Source: Macrostomum lignano (Eukaryota). From it: DNA of 64,000 nucleotides. The position numbers and the translations under genes are program-made. Of this stretch, positions 60,344 through 64,000 are shown one piece after another; the first letter of the stretch is position 1, and the number at the start of each line of letters is the position of its first letter. Under the pieces are notes generated by a model that ran no database searches, was not told where the DNA came from, and worked only from the letters and a program-made list of their open reading frames with translations. The DNA lies in assembly GCA_002269645.1 (NCBI GenBank), contig NIVC01002289.1, forward strand, positions 62,001 to 126,000. The letters are read 5' to 3'.

Positions 60344-61938
60344 ATGGGAGTTGGGTCCAGTCGAGTACCGCTGCCCCCGCCTGGCCAGCCCGCTGGGCCC
60401 AGTGCCAGGCAAGGAGGCGGCGGCCCCAGCGGCTCCCGGCCCCGGATTCATTCGCACGTGTCCATGCAGCCGCCAGATGGAGAGCCGGGTGGCTCCGGGC
60501 TTCATCACCACCTGCAGCAATATCTGCAGCAGCAGCAGCAGGGCGCCAGCGGCAGCGGCCGGCATCGCAGCCGATCGCTGGACTTTCTATCCGGCCGACC
60601 CATTGGCGGCGCCGGTCGCGACAGCGACGACGAGTTCGACAGCGAAGACGAAGAGGACGACGGCCCGGTGATGGTGTCTGGCGGGCCGCGGCCGCCAAGG
60701 CAGCGAGGCGCGGCGGCGGCAGCGGGGTCGGCCGGTCGGCAGCACCACGCGGCGCTGCTTCGCCAGCACCTCGGCCTGCCGTCCAGCTTCTACAGATCTG
60801 ACATTCGCTGCCCGGTGTGCAGCAAGACGGTGCCGCATGATGAAATCGAGGTGCGCTTTTGCGCCCGAGTTAAAGTGCATTTTCGAGACAGGGAAATGTT
60901 TCAGTTTTTAGCACTGAATTAGTTCCCAATATCTCACCTTCTGGACTTCCAAATCGCAAAAAAGCAGGCAGTTGCACTTTCTGAATGGATTTCGCAAAGA
61001 TGCTTTTCTGCACAGCGCTAAATGGGGGTTTTTTTCCATAGACAAATCCGGTCGGGAAAAACCCATGTAGAAAAAAAACACTACAGAGACTGGAACAGCT
61101 GGAATTTCGACGGAACTTTGCTTGCTTGACGGTTTCCTGTTGCAGTTCATGAATAGAAACAGTTTGATAAACTTGTGAGCGCAGCTCAGGCACAATGCAT
61201 GCTGCCAGCTGGCGTCTTTTGTGATTCGGAAGTCCAGAAGCTGAGGTTTTGGGAATTTTTGTTCCTAAAAAACTTGAAATTTTCCCATCTCGCTTCGACA
61301 GTGCATTTTTCTGCGACATCTGCGTGTCCAGCGTCTATTTTAAGTACACTGGGTGCCCTTAGTTAAACCTGTCAGGAGTCCCAGTCAGTGGAGTCCCAGT
61401 CGGTGAAGTCACAGTCAGTGGAGTCCCAGTCAGTGAAGTCCCAGTCAGTGGAGTCCCAGTCAATGGAGTCCCAGTCAGTGGAGTCATAGTCAGTGGAGTC
61501 CCAGTCAGTGGAGTCCCAGTCAGTGAAGTCCCAGTCAATAGAGTCCCAGTCAGTGAAGTCCCATTTAATGAAGTCAGGCAGTAAAGTGTCAAAAGTAAAC
61601 TGAACTTTCACCCTCAGGTGCACCTGGTCGTGTGCCTCACCAAGCCGCGCATCAGCTACAACGAGGACGTCCTGTCCGAGGACAAAGGCGCCGAGTGCGC
61701 CATCTGCCTGGACGACTTGTGTCAGGGTGACACGATCGCCCGCCTGCCCTGCCTCTGCATCTATCACAAAGGGTGAGCGGAGCTTTCGTTTTCTGATCGG
61801 AATTTAATTGTCGGATTTGTTTCATTATTAATAAATATCATTCGCCGTCACTTCTCGCCTTTGCCATCAATGCTTAGCTGTATCGACGAGTGGTTCAAGC
61901 GGAGTCGCAGCTGCCCGGAGCACCCCGGCGACGGCTGA
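60344..61938 (+). CDS. ZNRF2: E3 ubiquitin ligase ZNRF1/ZNRF2-like (zinc finger + RING-H2); exons 60344-60850, 61618-61772, 61878-61938; ~240 aa
   Basis: MGxxxS myristoylation start, CPVCSK..E/VHLVVCLTKPRISYNEDVL, CAICLDDL..TIARLPCLCIYHKG/CIDEWF..RSCPEHP. Phases 0 and 2 are consistent. ZNRF1 vs ZNRF2 cannot be resolved. Confidence 0.93.
60875..61306. mobile_element. MITE family copy 2 in ZNRF intron 1
   Basis: Long imperfect TIRs (aatatctcaccttctggacttccaaatcgcaaaa / ttttgtgattcggaagtccagaagctgaggtttt); internal similarity to 27088-27310. Confidence 0.72.
61375..61565. repeat. Minisatellite, 15-bp unit (gtcagtggagtccca), ZNRF intron 1
   Basis: Tandem periodicity. Confidence 0.9.
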
Positions 61939-62141
61939 GGAGCTCGGCACCTTCTGTCAGGATTTTCTACCCCGCTTTCATCAGGCCCCGATGCTCCTGT
62001 TGTGATACTTGCTGTGTTCTTCATTGTGTTCGCCATTGTTAAACAGTGGGTTTATTTTCCAAGAAATGTTTCACTATTGAGTTGTTCATAATCGCAACTT
62101 CCATTTATTTGTACATTTCTTCTCGAATCAGCACCATTTTA

Positions 62142-62267
62142 ACTGACTGACTGACTACTGACTGACTGACTGACTGACTGACTGACTGACTGACTGACTG
62201 ACTGCCTGACTGACTGACTGACTGACTGACTGACTGACTGACTGACTGACTGACTGACTGACTGACC
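62142..62267. repeat. (CTGA)n tetranucleotide microsatellite
   Basis: ~30 copies of actg. Confidence 0.97.
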
Positions 62268-62719
62268 AATACCAAATCATCTCTAGTCTCTATTTCAACA
62301 AGGAAGATAAGTGGCATACCACCCTACATATCTGCTAGCAGGCACTTTACACAGTTACAAAATGTGACTTATGTTTATTTTTGCACACGTTTCCAGTATG
62401 CTTCGTGTATATAAATGTAAAGACTACTTTTATGCCCATATTCTGCCTGTTTTATACTTTTATGAATTGCACACAAGAGTTCACCCCACCGTTATTGCTG
62501 CCCTAATGCTTATCCTTAACTTTCTTCTGTTGCTGTCTTATGCCTGACAGGCACTCGCTTAACAGTATGGTTACTGGCTATGCAACCCGAGTTCAGAGTT
62601 GAGTTTTAAATCAAACTAAATTTTGAGAATTGTGTTTTAGCCTATCTATAGCTTAAATATGTTGATTTTTACACAGAGGATCACACATTTTGTTTTTTAG
62701 TTTCGCCACCCGCCCCAGT

Positions 62720-63442
62720 GTGGCACACCCCTGACCAGCCCCGCCCGCCCCAATCAGTGCGCACACCCCTGACCAGCCCCGCCCGCCCCAATCAGTGCGC
62801 ACACCCCTGACCAGCCCCGCCCGCCCCAATCAGTGCGCACACCCCTGACCAGCCCCGCCCGCCCCAATCAGTGTGGCACACCCCTGACCAGCCCCGCCCG
62901 CCCCAATCAGTGTGCGCACACCCCTGACCAGCCCCGCCCGCCCATCCCAATCAGTGCGCGCACCCCTGACCAGCCCCGCCCGCCCATCCCAATCAGTGCG
63001 CGCACCCCTGACCAGCCCCGCCCGCCCATCCCAATCAGTGCGCACCCCCCTGACCAGCCCCGCCCGCCCCAATCAGTGTGCGCACACCCCTGACCAGCCC
63101 CGCCCGCCCATCCCAATCAGTGTGCGCACACCCCTGACCAGCCCCGCCCGCCCATCCCAATCAGTGTGCGCACACCCCTGACCAGCCCCGCCCGCCCATC
63201 CCAATCAGTGCGCACACCCCTGACCAGCCCCGCCCGCCCCAATCAGTGCGCACACCCCTGACCAGCCCCGCCCGCCCCAATCAGTGCGCACACCCCTGAC
63301 CAGCCCCGCCCACCCCAATCAGTGCGCACACCCCTGACCAGCCCCGCCCGCCCATCCCAATCAGTGCGCACACCCCTGACCAGCCCCGCCCGCCCCAATC
63401 AGTGCGCACACCCCTGACCAGCCCCGCCCACCCCAATCAGTA
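62720..63442. repeat. Minisatellite, 38-45 bp unit (cacacccctgaccagccccgcccgccccaatcagtgcg)
   Basis: Tandem periodicity with ccat and tg insertion variants. Confidence 0.95.
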
Positions 63443-64000
63443 AAAACACGGCGCAGATTTGAATCCTGTTCACACTTACTAGTTACTACACCATTTACTT
63501 ATCTTTCCCGTTGCGTACACGGTTGTTATTTTTCTTGTTGTGTCGTTGCTATTCAATCAATGCTGTGCGGCGCATCTTGCTGGAATTGCTACACTTAAGA
63601 GTGATGATGCTACAACTATAATATATTAGATATTCTGTTTGATTGCTTCATTGTTTCATATATATATTTCTCCTTTTGGCTACTTTGCTTGCCTAAAAAT
63701 CCTGCTTCTGATTTTACATCGCCGATACTAGCGACATCGAGCTCTTTAATTTCGTTTCTTTTTTTCGCCATTAGTGAAGTTAAGAATTATTGGTCGGGGT
63801 TAGTTCGTATCTTGTGTCGTGCTGCTGCCACACCTGACCTCCAAAGCAGGTCAGGCAATTTAGGCAAAAGTACACTCATTTATCTCACTGAGGATGACAT
63901 TATTCATTATTAGTCATTATCCAGAGTAGCAGATAGAAGTTAGCTGCGTTTTATAATAAGACAAAATGGTAGTAAATATGTAGTAATTTTGACGTATATT

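Overview
Eukaryotic (animal) genomic DNA. It most resembles a free-living flatworm such as Macrostomum (inference from GC-rich Ala/Gly/Gln-run exons, GT-AG introns and minisatellite-filled introns). Nine protein-coding genes were reconstructed with phase-consistent splice junctions: a MOCS1A-type GTP 3',8-cyclase with no MOCS1B part, two tandem intronless 4x CCHC/RGG (CNBP-like) genes, an NPY/NPF-like GPCR, a KLF9/13/cabut-type factor, DENND11/LCHN, a 7-exon SLC38A7-like transporter, a DEG/ENaC channel nested antisense in its 19-kb intron, and a ZNRF1/2-like RING E3. Non-coding DNA holds more than 25 mutually unrelated minisatellites, several MITEs, tRNA-derived and CORE-type SINEs, and an internally deleted Merlin transposon. 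The most unusual signal is sharply bounded CpG-free tracts directly upstream of the housekeeping-type genes, together with CpG/TpG-CpA variation inside the minisatellites. Together these suggest a position-specific methylation or mutation regime. All coordinates were derived by eye; repeat boundaries and copy numbers are approximate.
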